Shown here: in pieces, positions 47,724 through 58,135 of the stretch
Layout of the letters: each line of letters opens with the position of its first letter
How positions within the stretch are numbered: the first letter of the stretch is position 1
Source: Bacteroidota bacterium
GTDB lineage: Bacteria; Bacteroidota; Bacteroidia; Bacteroidales; UBA7960
Assembly: GCA_007693555.1 (NCBI GenBank)
Contig: REDJ01000102.1
Location: 23,893 to 87,892 of the forward strand
DNA length: 64,000 nucleotides
Direction: 5' to 3'
Position numbers and translations under genes: made by a program
Notes under the pieces: model-generated
The model's database searches: none
What the model was told of the DNA's origin: nothing
The model's input: only the letters and a program-made list of their open reading frames with translations

Positions 47724-48467
47724 ATGAAGAAATTAATACTACCGCTTTTATATATAATGCTATTTCCTTTTTTTGCACAAGCGCAATTAGTCATTCTTGA
47801 CTCGGAAATGGATGACATTACAGATCAAACCATTACAGTGGATGGAACACTTGAAGATTCTTATTTTAAAGTAGATGTATTCTTGAAAAATTCCGGAGAT
47901 GAAACCATTGAAATCTTTGTGCAAAAGATTGAAATAGATGTGATGGATGGGGCTTATATCACATTTTGCTGGAAAGAATATTGCTTTCCGCCGGAAGTAT
48001 TCAATGTGCAGGAACCTATAATACTGGAAGGTGATCAAACTACACGTGATACTGATTTTTACATTGAGTTTCATAATGGTGAAACTGGAGGAATATCAGA
48101 AGCAAGGTTTGAATTCTACAGCGAAAATGAAAGTTTTGATACCGTTTCTATAACTGTAAAGTTTGATATTTCTATACCAACTTTTACAGATGATTTCGCT
48201 CCTCGGAGTAGCTTTCATCTCTCCGATGCCCAACCCAACCCTGCCCGTGGTCATACATGGATCAACTATTCTGTTCCTTCTCACAACACAAATGCCCGGA
48301 TTGTAATCAGAAACCTTCTTGGCAAAGAAGTTCACACTCAAAATCTTGATATTAATAGCAACCGGGTGCGCATTGATACCCAAAGATTTACAAACGGAAT
48401 TTATATTTACTCACTGATGATTGACAACCAGATTGTGGAAAGCAAACGGCTGGTTGTGGCTAACTAA
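47724..48467 (+). CDS. Small T9SS-sorted hypothetical protein
   Basis: Signal peptide …FFAQAQ and a C-terminal sorting domain 'AQPNPARGHTWINY…GIYIYSLMI'. The N-terminal domain is unrecognised and contains 'FCWKEYC'. Confidence 0.6.
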   Translation: MKKLILPLLYIMLFPFFAQAQLVILDSEMDDITDQTITVDGTLEDSYFKVDVFLKNSGDETIEIFVQKIEIDVMDGAYITFCWKEYCFPPEVFNVQEPIILEGDQTTRDTDFYIEFHNGETGGISEARFEFYSENESFDTVSITVKFDISIPTFTDDFAPRSSFHLSDAQPNPARGHTWINYSVPSHNTNARIVIRNLLGKEVHTQNLDINSNRVRIDTQRFTNGIYIYSLMIDNQIVESKRLVVAN

Positions 48468-48487
48468 ACACCGAAAAAATCTTTTAC

Positions 48488-48512
48488 GGCCGGAACAATC
48501 CGGCCTTTTTTT
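48488..48512 (+). terminator. Rho-independent terminator
   Basis: ggccgg aacaat ccggcc followed by TTTTTTT. Confidence 0.6.
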
Positions 48513-48552
48513 ATGTTTCTTTTTCGTTATTATTTCCTAAAATAAGAATCAG

Positions 48553-51500
48553 ATGCAACTCAAAATACCATTTGTTAAAAGCTTTTTGCTCGCAGGCCTG
48601 CTATTTTTCAATACTCTGATTTTTGGTCAGATTTCGCAACCCGCTACACCGCCAAGTTTCGAACTTATCAACCTGAAAGAAGAGGTTCAGGCCATCCAAA
48701 TGGAAAAAGTTGATGTGGAAAGATTATTACAGGAAGATCAGATTTTTGATTCCATTAAAGATATACCCTGGCGATTTGGAGAAAATCTGTATGTAAATAT
48801 AAATCCTCAGAACTCAGGTAATTGGGACATCCTGGAGAACGGAGATAAGATTTGGAGGGCATCCATTCATTCAGAAGGAGCCTACACAATTAATCTTACA
48901 TTTGATCAATACAGGTTACCACCGGGTGCTCAGCTATTTGTATACAACAAAGATCAAAGCAGGATACTTGGTGCTTTTACAGATTTCAACAACCAGGAGG
49001 ACGGATATTTCGCTACTACGTTAATTGAAGGTGATTATATTACCATTGAATATTTTGAACCCAAAAATGTAAACTTTCCCGGAGAACTGAACCTTAAGAT
49101 GGTAACCCATGCCTATCGTGATCCTTTTAAATTCGCCAAGGGATTTGGAGATAGCGGCTGGTGTAACCTGAATGTTGCATGCCCCGAATCTGAAGGATGG
49201 GAACAACAGATAAGGTCGGTAGTAATGCTGGTTTCAGGAGGAAATGGATTCTGCTCCGGAGTGATTATCAACAATACGGAATTTGATCAAAAGCCCCTTG
49301 TCCTTTCTGCCAATCACTGTTACCGAAATCCGGCAACAGTTGTATTCTGGTTTAACTGGCAAAGTGAAACCTGCGATAATCCCACATCACCTCCCCCTTA
49401 TAACTCTATGTCGGGCGCTACTCAAAAAGCAAGGCATTCATCGTCAGATTTTTGGCTTATGGAACTTAATCAGGCCATACCGGATGATTACAACCCCTAT
49501 TTCGCCGGATGGAATCGCACGAGTGAAGCATTATTGAATGAAACTATTACCGGCATTCATCATCCACGTGGAGACATAAAAAAATTCAGCTATGCCACTG
49601 GTGGTGTTCAGGCTGCCGCTTATGGCGGAGCACCCGGCTCAGGCACAACGCATTGGCGAATAGTTTGGAGCGGTGGCACAACAACAGAGCCTGGTTCCAG
49701 CGGCTCTCCGATTTTTGATGCTCAGGGCAGGATCCTTGGGCAGTTGCATGGCGGAGGAGCAGCTTGTGGGAACACCCTGCCTGACTGGTATGGAAGATTC
49801 GGTATATCATGGGTTGGAGGAGGAACACCGGCTACCCGGTTGAGCGACTGGCTTGATCCTCTCGGAATGAATTTTACAGCAATAAATGGCCTTGATCCAT
49901 TTGCACCCGGAGTTCTTAATCCCCTGGATTTCACAGCTGAAGCAAACTCAGAGAACGAAGTCTTGTTACAATGGCAACTCAATGTTCAGGAAGATTTTGT
50001 AATGATTGCGGTGAACACCGAGCCTGTTTTTGGTCAACCTGAGGGTAGTTATACATTGGGTGAGGAAATAACAGGCGGGGGAACGGTAATTTATATGGGA
50101 AATGAAGAGGATTTTTTACACATTAATTTGCATCCATCAACAGATTATCATTATGCAATCTGGTCGTATGCCAAACCCGGGCCGGTTTATTCTGAAGGGC
50201 TAACCACTTCCGCAACTACATTTTGCAGCGAAGTAGTTCAGTTTCCTTATTTTGAGGGATTCAATAACTCTGAAATTTCAATTTGCTGGACACAGGAATA
50301 CGTTGTAAATGAACTTAACTGGCAGGTAGGTGTGGGTAATAATGATGGTTATCCGGTTTCGGCCTGGGAAGGTGAAAGCAATGTGTTTTTCAGAACTACA
50401 GAAATTTCTGAAGATGGCAGTAGAACCAGCTTAGTAAGCCCTGAGATGAATCTTTCACTTCACGACCATGCACAACTTTCATTTTATTTTGCAAATCCAT
50501 CATTTGTTGGCAGGCAGGATATACTTAGGATTTATTACAGGACCGAACCTTCACAGGAATGGCAGATTCTTGAAACTTTGGATTTCAACCAATTTACCTG
50601 GACAAATGTAATTCTTGATTTACCCGAATTATCTGACCGTATCCAGATTGCATTTGAAGGGCAGGCAAACCGGGGCAGGGGGATTTCGCTGGACCAGGTT
50701 GAGATCTTTGCCGGGTTCGAACAACAAATCCCCAATCCGGTAAATCTTTCCTTTAATATTGTGGAAGACAATTTCACAGAACTTAGCTGGGAAAATGTTT
50801 TTGAAAATAAAGGAAATTTAGGAATACAAATAAAATCATCAGTGGCAGGTATAAATGTATACAGGGATGGCAGCCTGATTTTTGCCGGGTCAGATATTAA
50901 CCAGACCAACTATACCGATGGTCCTCTTGCTGTGGGAGGTTATACATATTATGTTGCCGGTCGTCAGGTAAATGGAGAGTTATCCGAGCCCTCCAATGAA
51001 GTAAATGTAAATATTCCCGCTCAGGGCAATGAGCATTTGCTCAGCATAGGCAAAACCGGACAGGGTAATATCAGTATTCCTGAAGGTGAATACCATTATA
51101 AACCCGGTACGACAATAGAGCTTGAAGCCATACCAGACGAAAACTGGACACTCCAGCAATGGGTCATAAACGGAGAAGAATCAGGCAACTCCCAATCCAT
51201 AATGATCACCCTCGATATGGATAAGGTAGTTGAAGTAATTTTTATTGCAGATACATGGGAGATAACCGTAAATGCTTCTCCTGAAAACGCAGCCGATGTC
51301 CTGGACGGAGCCGGTATTTATGAACATGGTGAAATAATAACACTTTCTGTTATCCCAAACATTGGTTATATTTTCCTGCACTGGCTGGATGATGATAAAA
51401 TCATATCCACAAAAGAAACAACACAGATCATTGTTAATTCCGATAAAGAATTTACTGCCGTACTTGAATCCCGGGATTTTACAGTGGATGTTAAAATAAA

Positions 51501-52191
51501 ACCTGAAGGCAGTGGTTCAGTAACCGGTGCAGGCACCTTTGGTGCAGGTGAGGAAATAGTCCTTACAGCTACTCCTGAGCCGGGTTGGTTATTCAAAAAC
51601 TGGACAATTGATACCAATTCTGGTGGGTCAGAAGTATCAACCAATAACATTTACACCTTCACCCTAAAAAATAATATTGAACTTACAGCCAATTTTGAGG
51701 CATTTTCACCAACTCTTACCATATCGACAGAAGGACAGGGAACAACTGACCCGGAACCTGGTGAATATAGTTTTGATTACGGACATGAACTTACTTTGAT
51801 CGCAACAGGAACTCATCCATGGGTATTCAGCAAATGGATAATCAATGGCAATGACTTTACAGATGATCAGATCAGTTTGAGTATGATTGAAAATAAGGAC
51901 GCAATTGCAGTTTTCGCTGAAACAACCCATACAGATAACTTCGCATTCATTGAAGAACCTAATCTTTATCCAAATCCTGCTTCCGGCAGATTAAATATCG
52001 TTTTACCCGAAAACGGAAACTGGCAAATTCACATATTTGACATTACGGGGCAATTGCTTGAAAACAGAATGATGGAATTTTTAGCAGGAACTCCGGTAAC
52101 TTTGGATATATCAAATTTAAGGAGTGGGGTTTATATCTTCAGGATTCAAAACGAGGGCAAAGTATTTAACCGCAGGATTCTGGTGGAATAA
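48553..52191 (+). CDS. Secreted trypsin-fold (S1-like, lysyl-endopeptidase-like) serine protease with MAM/choice-of-anchor-like, Fn3-like and repeated InlB-B-repeat-like domains plus a T9SS sorting domain
   Basis: His region 'LVLSANHC' and Ser region 'EPGSSGSPIF'. 'FPYFEGFNN…CWTQ'. Five repeats of the '…GW.F..W…' type. C-terminus 'NLYPNPASGRLNI…GVYIFRIQN'. Confidence 0.75.
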   Translation: MQLKIPFVKSFLLAGLLFFNTLIFGQISQPATPPSFELINLKEEVQAIQMEKVDVERLLQEDQIFDSIKDIPWRFGENLYVNINPQNSGNWDILENGDKIWRASIHSEGAYTINLTFDQYRLPPGAQLFVYNKDQSRILGAFTDFNNQEDGYFATTLIEGDYITIEYFEPKNVNFPGELNLKMVTHAYRDPFKFAKGFGDSGWCNLNVACPESEGWEQQIRSVVMLVSGGNGFCSGVIINNTEFDQKPLVLSANHCYRNPATVVFWFNWQSETCDNPTSPPPYNSMSGATQKARHSSSDFWLMELNQAIPDDYNPYFAGWNRTSEALLNETITGIHHPRGDIKKFSYATGGVQAAAYGGAPGSGTTHWRIVWSGGTTTEPGSSGSPIFDAQGRILGQLHGGGAACGNTLPDWYGRFGISWVGGGTPATRLSDWLDPLGMNFTAINGLDPFAPGVLNPLDFTAEANSENEVLLQWQLNVQEDFVMIAVNTEPVFGQPEGSYTLGEEITGGGTVIYMGNEEDFLHINLHPSTDYHYAIWSYAKPGPVYSEGLTTSATTFCSEVVQFPYFEGFNNSEISICWTQEYVVNELNWQVGVGNNDGYPVSAWEGESNVFFRTTEISEDGSRTSLVSPEMNLSLHDHAQLSFYFANPSFVGRQDILRIYYRTEPSQEWQILETLDFNQFTWTNVILDLPELSDRIQIAFEGQANRGRGISLDQVEIFAGFEQQIPNPVNLSFNIVEDNFTELSWENVFENKGNLGIQIKSSVAGINVYRDGSLIFAGSDINQTNYTDGPLAVGGYTYYVAGRQVNGELSEPSNEVNVNIPAQGNEHLLSIGKTGQGNISIPEGEYHYKPGTTIELEAIPDENWTLQQWVINGEESGNSQSIMITLDMDKVVEVIFIADTWEITVNASPENAADVLDGAGIYEHGEIITLSVIPNIGYIFLHWLDDDKIISTKETTQIIVNSDKEFTAVLESRDFTVDVKIKPEGSGSVTGAGTFGAGEEIVLTATPEPGWLFKNWTIDTNSGGSEVSTNNIYTFTLKNNIELTANFEAFSPTLTISTEGQGTTDPEPGEYSFDYGHELTLIATGTHPWVFSKWIINGNDFTDDQISLSMIENKDAIAVFAETTHTDNFAFIEEPNLYPNPASGRLNIVLPENGNWQIHIFDITGQLLENRMMEFLAGTPVTLDISNLRSGVYIFRIQNEGKVFNRRILVE

Positions 52192-52281
52192 ACCCAAAGC
52201 TGAAATGATTTTCACCCGGACGAATCATAAGTAATAAATGAGGCTTTTATAATAAGAAAAGGCTTTTGATTCAGCTAATTC

Positions 52282-54681
52282 TTACTCACTTTTTATAGCA
52301 TCTACAGGGTTACTTTTTGCCACCTGTAATGTTTGGCCTGATATGGCTATAACAGCAATGAGTAATGAAATAACTCCGGCAACCAAAAGGTACAATGGGG
52401 AAATATTAATTCTGTAAGGAAATTCCTGCAACCACATTTGCATAAAATACCATGCCACCGGCCAGGCAATAAGATTAGCCAAAAGCACCCATCTTATAAT
52501 ATCTCGTAACAATACCCATGAAACCTGCAACCCGGAAGCACCCATAATTTTTCTTACCCCAATTTCTTTTTTACGAGACATAACCATATAAGTAGAAAGT
52601 CCTAAAACTCCCAGCATAGCAATGATAACAGCAAGTGCTGATGCATAATTCAGGATTTTGTTGTTACTTTCTTCCTGCCGGTACAAATTAAGGAAATAGT
52701 TGTCAAGATAAAACTCCCGGGCTTGATAACCGGGATCAAAAGCATGAAAAGTTTCAGCAATATGATGTAATGCATCTTCAAACTGATCGTCACTTAGTTT
52801 GACAGAAATAAAAAAAATCTGTTGCGAATATGCTGTTATTACCAAAGGAGTAATAAGATTTACCAATGAACTGATATGAAAATCTTCCACAACCCCTATA
52901 ATTCGTCCTCTTCTTTGCCACATGAACACTTCCTGCCCTATAGGTTCATTTAATCCAAGTGCTTTAGCAGCTGTTTCATTTACAACAAAGTTTTCCCTGT
53001 CAGTACTGCTGTCAAAATCAAACCACCTCCCCTCTTTTAGCTTTAATCCGAATGTTTCCATGAATCCATCATTCACCCTATACTCTGAAACAGAAATGTC
53101 AACCCCCAGCTCATCCTCTGCCTTTCTCAGAGACATACCGCTTCCGGATGCTCCCGGATAAGCATGGGAAGATGTAACAGCCTTAATTCCAGGGTGAAGA
53201 AGTAATTCATACTGAATAGCATCCCATGAATTTATTATGCGGTTTGTGAGGCCTGAATACACAAGGACATTTTCGGGAGAAAACCCAAGGTCGGAAGTTT
53301 TCATATGGTTGATTTGCCTGTTGAAAACAATAATGGCCGTAATCAGTATTACTGATATGGAAAACTGGACAATAACCAGTATAATCCTCAACAATGGGTT
53401 TCTTCTTCCACCGCGGGCTTTGCCCCTCAGAATTTCTGCCGGCCGGTATTTTGAAAACATAATAGCCGGATAGGCTCCGGCAAGGAAACCCACAACCGGA
53501 GCAAGTAATATAAATAATAATAACCGATTAATACTTAACTGACCAATAAGGTCAAGATCTCGGCCCAGTAAATTTGAAAAAGGCCCCACAAAAACCTCTG
53601 CCAGCAAAAGAGCTATTAGCAATGCAATCATACTTACCAGTATCGCTTCCCCGAGAAACTGAAATACAATATTGATTCTTTTTGCACCTGATACTTTTCT
53701 TATGGCAGCTTCTACAGCTCTTTTTTCAGAACGTGCTGTTACCAGGTTTATAAAATTGATTATGGCTATGAAAATGATAAAAAATGCCAGTATTGAAAAT
53801 ACGTAAATCAGCTCAATATTTCCTCTTACTCCTATATCATAACCATAATTCCGGCCAAAATGAATATCATGCATTGGCTGAAGATCAAAACTTATTATTT
53901 CCCGGAATTCCTCCCCATAAAGACCCAGCGCATATTCTTTTATTACATTGCAGAGATTTTGTATATCCTGTTCCGATAGAATATTATTTGTTTTAAAATA
54001 AACAAACACATCATTTGCAAAACTTGCGGAATAATGCGGATCGTAAGAATCATAAGATTTCAGGACATCAAACTGTAAATGTGTGTTTAAAGGAATGGGT
54101 TCTAAAACCGCACCCACTTTAACAGAAATATATTTTCGGGATAACCGTTGCAGTTCTTCATCAAAAAAATGGTGTTGCACCTCCATTACCTTACCAACAG
54201 GATACTCATCTCCAAAAAGCTTTTCTGCCATATTATCGGATATGGCCACTGATAATGGATCAGATAAAGTTTGGTATAAATCTCCTGATTTCACTTTAAA
54301 ATCAAACACCTCTCCGAATGAGGGATCTGTCATCAGGAATTTTTCATTTCTGTATTCTGTGTACCCAAACCTGATATCCTTCCTTTCCGGTTTAAACCTT
54401 ACTGTTTCTTCTACTGCAGGAATGCTCTCTTTTATTACTTCCGCTGCCCCGGGCAGTGTTCTTGGAAGCACATCACTAACTTCACCTCCAAAGCTTGAAA
54501 TAATCCTGTAAATTTTTTCTCCATCCTTATGAAAATGATCGTATGAAGACTCATGCTGTATGTAGAGAAATAACATAATAGCCGCCGCCATACCTATAGC
54601 AAGCCCGAAGATATTGATGAAACTGAACCATTTTTGTCTCACCACATTTCTCCAGGCAATCTTTAAATAATTTTGAAACAT
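52282..54681 (-). CDS. ABC transporter permease, duplicated MacB-periplasmic-core/FtsX type
   Basis: 'MFQNYLKIAWRNVVRQKWFSFINIFGLAIGMA' is the typical N-terminus. Two FtsX modules each have 4 TM segments. Confidence 0.88.
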   Translation of the reverse strand: MFQNYLKIAWRNVVRQKWFSFINIFGLAIGMAAAIMLFLYIQHESSYDHFHKDGEKIYRIISSFGGEVSDVLPRTLPGAAEVIKESIPAVEETVRFKPERKDIRFGYTEYRNEKFLMTDPSFGEVFDFKVKSGDLYQTLSDPLSVAISDNMAEKLFGDEYPVGKVMEVQHHFFDEELQRLSRKYISVKVGAVLEPIPLNTHLQFDVLKSYDSYDPHYSASFANDVFVYFKTNNILSEQDIQNLCNVIKEYALGLYGEEFREIISFDLQPMHDIHFGRNYGYDIGVRGNIELIYVFSILAFFIIFIAIINFINLVTARSEKRAVEAAIRKVSGAKRINIVFQFLGEAILVSMIALLIALLLAEVFVGPFSNLLGRDLDLIGQLSINRLLLFILLAPVVGFLAGAYPAIMFSKYRPAEILRGKARGGRRNPLLRIILVIVQFSISVILITAIIVFNRQINHMKTSDLGFSPENVLVYSGLTNRIINSWDAIQYELLLHPGIKAVTSSHAYPGASGSGMSLRKAEDELGVDISVSEYRVNDGFMETFGLKLKEGRWFDFDSSTDRENFVVNETAAKALGLNEPIGQEVFMWQRRGRIIGVVEDFHISSLVNLITPLVITAYSQQIFFISVKLSDDQFEDALHHIAETFHAFDPGYQAREFYLDNYFLNLYRQEESNNKILNYASALAVIIAMLGVLGLSTYMVMSRKKEIGVRKIMGASGLQVSWVLLRDIIRWVLLANLIAWPVAWYFMQMWLQEFPYRINISPLYLLVAGVISLLIAVIAISGQTLQVAKSNPVDAIKSE

Positions 54682-54769
54682 CTTATGGAATCATTTATGC
54701 AGTTTTGAAACAAATTCAGTTATTATCAAATACTCTCTTTTAAAAACTATCAAACAGGGTTTTATAAAA

Positions 54770-57184
54770 TTATTCAGCCCTAAGTGCGTTAACCGGATTA
54801 AGTGTAGCAGATTTGTAAACGTGAAAACTGACTGTTATCAGGGCAACAAACAGGGCAAGAACTGCTGAAATTATAAAAGGTTCAGGCAGGATATCAATAC
54901 TATAAATAAAACTTTCCAGCCAGCGCTGAAGCAGATACCAGCTAAACGGGATTGTAATAACTGTAGCAATGATTACCAGCAAGGAGAATTCTTTATAAAA
55001 CATCCCCAAAATGTTTACAATCGAAGAACCCAGTACTTTCCTAACACCTATTTCTCGTTTCCTTTGCTCGGTTAAATAAGATGACAATCCAAACAACCCC
55101 AAAAATGAAATGATTATACAAATCAGGGCAAAAACTGCAAATATCTTCCCCAGTCTTTCTTCAGCTTCAAATTGTTCTCTGTATCCTTTATCCACAAAAC
55201 TAACTATGGGATAATTTTCAGGATCGAGCTCCTGCAACGTTGTTTCCAGAAAGCTGACAATTTCACGGTCCTTTCCAGGTTCAAATTGCACTATCAGATG
55301 CTGATAAACATTACTCTGCTCAGGCAGAATATACATGACCGGCTCCACCGGATGATTGAGGTTGAGAAGGTTATGATCTTCCACCACCCCGATAACCCTT
55401 GCACTGATCTGTGGATTTCCTATGCTATCAAACTGCCATTGAATAAGTTGCCCCAGGGGCTCATCATGCCAGCCAAAATAATTTGCAGCTGTTCTGTTTA
55501 TAATAACAGAAGAATTTGCGTCAGAAACCATATCTTCCTGAAAATTCCTTCCCTCAGTAATTTCTATTTCAAAGAGTTCTAAAAACTGATGGTCTATATG
55601 ATTGGTAGTGATGGTAGCCTCAGCCATCTCATTGCCTGACTGAATAAGTACAGCATATTTATTAAACCCTCGTCCTGGTACCGACATGGATTTGGTAGTG
55701 CCGATAACATCAGGTTTTTGTTGAACGATTGTTTCGAGTGTTCTGATTCTTTCTCTTAATTCCGGACTTTGCATTCTGACAGCAGCACGGTTCTCGGCTT
55801 TAAGACCCAGATCTTTATCCTGTAAAAATTTCAATTGCCTCTCAACTGTTAAAGTTCCAGTTATGAGAGTAATGGAAATGGCAAACTGAAAAACTACCAG
55901 TGCTTTTCGCAAAAGACCTGAGCCCCCACCGGGCAATCCCTTACTCCCTTTAAGAATAAGTGCCGGGTTCATTCCACTGACAAAAACTGCCGGATAAATA
56001 CCTGCCAGAATACCTGTAATTAAAACAATAAGAGGGATGTATATTATTAGCGGCCATGTAAGTAATTGCGACAATGAGAATGACTTTTCAGCCAGAAGAT
56101 TAAATGCCGGCAAAACAATTTCTATTAACAAAAGAGAAAAAGCCAGGGAGATGAATGCAACAAGAATGGACTCTGACAAAAACTGCGTAAAAATCTGTAT
56201 ACGCGAAGCACCTGATGCTTTTCTTACACCAATCTCCATAGCACGCACGGATGCCCTGGCAGTGGCAAGATTGGTGTAATTAACAGAAGCTATAATGACT
56301 AAAAAAACTGCTACAATGCTTAACACCATCAGAGTTGAAGCTGAAGTAGACTCAGGAGAGAAAATAATTCTGCTGAAACGAACCTCTTTTAAAGGGGTGT
56401 AAGTAAAATCCATTGTACCTCCAATCATCTTGCCCACGGGTTGAGTGTATTTTTCATGGAATGCATCCATGTCTTGAAATATCTCTTCAATATCGGCCTC
56501 CCCATGCATAAGAATGTATGTGTAATTGGAATTTATATTCCAAAATAATCTCGGAGAAAGAGAATACACTGTTTGGTTATCGAGTGTAATCATTGACAAA
56601 AAAGCCTTAAGTTGTAAATGGCTATTAGGTGGTGTATCCTCAATAACTGCAGTAATTTTGAAATTATCCTGGTTGATCTTCAAGGTTTGTCCTACAGGAT
56701 TTTCATCCGGAAAGTATTTATTACTTAAGCTGCGTGTCAATACAACAGTATTAGGTTCACTAAGAGCTCCATGCGGACTTCCGTGCACAAATTCAAAGCT
56801 GAAAACATCAAAAACCATTGAATCGGTAAAAGCCATATAATCTTCAAGGAATCTTCTGTCATCAATACTTACCGAAACCTCCTCCTGAAAAAAGAATCTT
56901 ACATATTCTTTTACTCCACTAAATTCTTCCTTTAGGGCAACTCCCAATGGAAATGCGGTTATTGCCAGATGATTATCATTACCTGCAATGGAATATTTAC
57001 CCTCAACACGATAAATGTTTTCATGATTTTCATGAAAAGTATCATAAGATAATTCGTGATTGACGAAAAGTGTGATAAGGATGGCCCCGGTAATTCCCAC
57101 CGAAAGACAAAAGATGTTGATAAGCGTATACAGCTTGCTGCGCTTCATATTTCGCCATGCTGTGAGAAGATAGTTTTTAATCAT
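54770..57184 (-). CDS. ABC transporter permease, duplicated MacB-periplasmic-core/FtsX type (paralogue)
   Basis: 'MIKNYLLTAWRNMKRSKLYTLINIFCLSVGIT', with the same architecture as the neighbouring gene. Confidence 0.88.
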   Translation of the reverse strand: MIKNYLLTAWRNMKRSKLYTLINIFCLSVGITGAILITLFVNHELSYDTFHENHENIYRVEGKYSIAGNDNHLAITAFPLGVALKEEFSGVKEYVRFFFQEEVSVSIDDRRFLEDYMAFTDSMVFDVFSFEFVHGSPHGALSEPNTVVLTRSLSNKYFPDENPVGQTLKINQDNFKITAVIEDTPPNSHLQLKAFLSMITLDNQTVYSLSPRLFWNINSNYTYILMHGEADIEEIFQDMDAFHEKYTQPVGKMIGGTMDFTYTPLKEVRFSRIIFSPESTSASTLMVLSIVAVFLVIIASVNYTNLATARASVRAMEIGVRKASGASRIQIFTQFLSESILVAFISLAFSLLLIEIVLPAFNLLAEKSFSLSQLLTWPLIIYIPLIVLITGILAGIYPAVFVSGMNPALILKGSKGLPGGGSGLLRKALVVFQFAISITLITGTLTVERQLKFLQDKDLGLKAENRAAVRMQSPELRERIRTLETIVQQKPDVIGTTKSMSVPGRGFNKYAVLIQSGNEMAEATITTNHIDHQFLELFEIEITEGRNFQEDMVSDANSSVIINRTAANYFGWHDEPLGQLIQWQFDSIGNPQISARVIGVVEDHNLLNLNHPVEPVMYILPEQSNVYQHLIVQFEPGKDREIVSFLETTLQELDPENYPIVSFVDKGYREQFEAEERLGKIFAVFALICIIISFLGLFGLSSYLTEQRKREIGVRKVLGSSIVNILGMFYKEFSLLVIIATVITIPFSWYLLQRWLESFIYSIDILPEPFIISAVLALFVALITVSFHVYKSATLNPVNALRAE

Positions 57185-57372
57185 AGTAAACCGGTAGTTT
57201 AATAACCTATATATTTTTTCTACTCACGGGTTAATTTGCAGTGCATCCAAATAGATTTGGAATACAAAAAATATTCTCGTGGAGAAACTCACATCAGCCA
57301 ACAGGAACAGGTAAGACACTTTCTTTTTAGGAAAATAAGCATCTTTCCTGCCCTGTCTGAATAGTAGAAAAA

Positions 57373-58077
57373 TTATTTCGAAACAGAAGTAAGCACAAAT
57401 TCTGTTGTTTTGTCTTCCGTAACAATCTGCCCGTCAAATAATCTGACGATTCTCTGGGCATATGAAGCATCACGTTGCGAGTGGGTAACCATAATTATGG
57501 TAGTTCCGTTTTTATTCAGGTCTTCAAGGAGGTTCATCACTTCATCACCGTGTGTAGAATCGAGGTTACCGGTAGGCTCATCGGCGAGTATTAAGTGTGG
57601 ACGTGCAACCACTGCACGACATACAGCAACCCTTTGTTGCTGACCGCCAGAAAGTTGAAGGGGGAAGTGGTTTTTCCGATGCATGATCTGCATCTGATTT
57701 AATACTTCTTCTACTCTTTTTTTGCGTTCAGATGAGCTGTATCCCAGGTAAATCAGAGGTAACTCTATATTTTCAAAAACACTGAGCTCATCAATGAGAT
57801 TAAAATTCTGAAATACAAAACCAATGTTCTTCTTGCGCAAATTAGCTCTTTGCTTTTCTGAAAAACCGGATACTTCGTTGTTCAGAAAATAATATTCTCC
57901 ATTGGTTGGATTGTCAAGCAAGCCAAGGATATTCAGCAAGGTGGACTTGCCACATCCTGAAGGTCCCATAATGGCCACAAACTCACCTTCATTGATTTCA
58001 AATGACACCTCATTAAGTGCAGTAGTTTCCACTTCTTCTGTGCGAAACACTTTGGTTAAATTAACAGTTTTAATCAT
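57373..58077 (-). CDS. ABC transporter ATP-binding protein (MacB/LolD-type)
   Basis: Walker A 'GPSGCGKST', signature 'LSGGQQQR', Walker B 'ILADEPT' and H-loop 'VTHS'. Confidence 0.93.
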   Translation of the reverse strand: MIKTVNLTKVFRTEEVETTALNEVSFEINEGEFVAIMGPSGCGKSTLLNILGLLDNPTNGEYYFLNNEVSGFSEKQRANLRKKNIGFVFQNFNLIDELSVFENIELPLIYLGYSSSERKKRVEEVLNQMQIMHRKNHFPLQLSGGQQQRVAVCRAVVARPHLILADEPTGNLDSTHGDEVMNLLEDLNKNGTTIIMVTHSQRDASYAQRIVRLFDGQIVTEDKTTEFVLTSVSK

Positions 58078-58135
58078 GGTTGATTTATTTTAAAGTTGCA
58101 ATAATATAAATATTGGATCATTTTTTCAACATTAT

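Noticed and set aside
57289-57342. 17-codon Cys-rich ORF (MLIFLKRKCLTCSCWLM) in the 188-nt gap between the ABC ATPase and permease genes, considered as a possible exported peptide substrate
   Set aside because: It is far too short to distinguish from chance. It has no leader or double-glycine motif and no ribosome-binding or promoter evidence. It would need conservation or peptidomics support.
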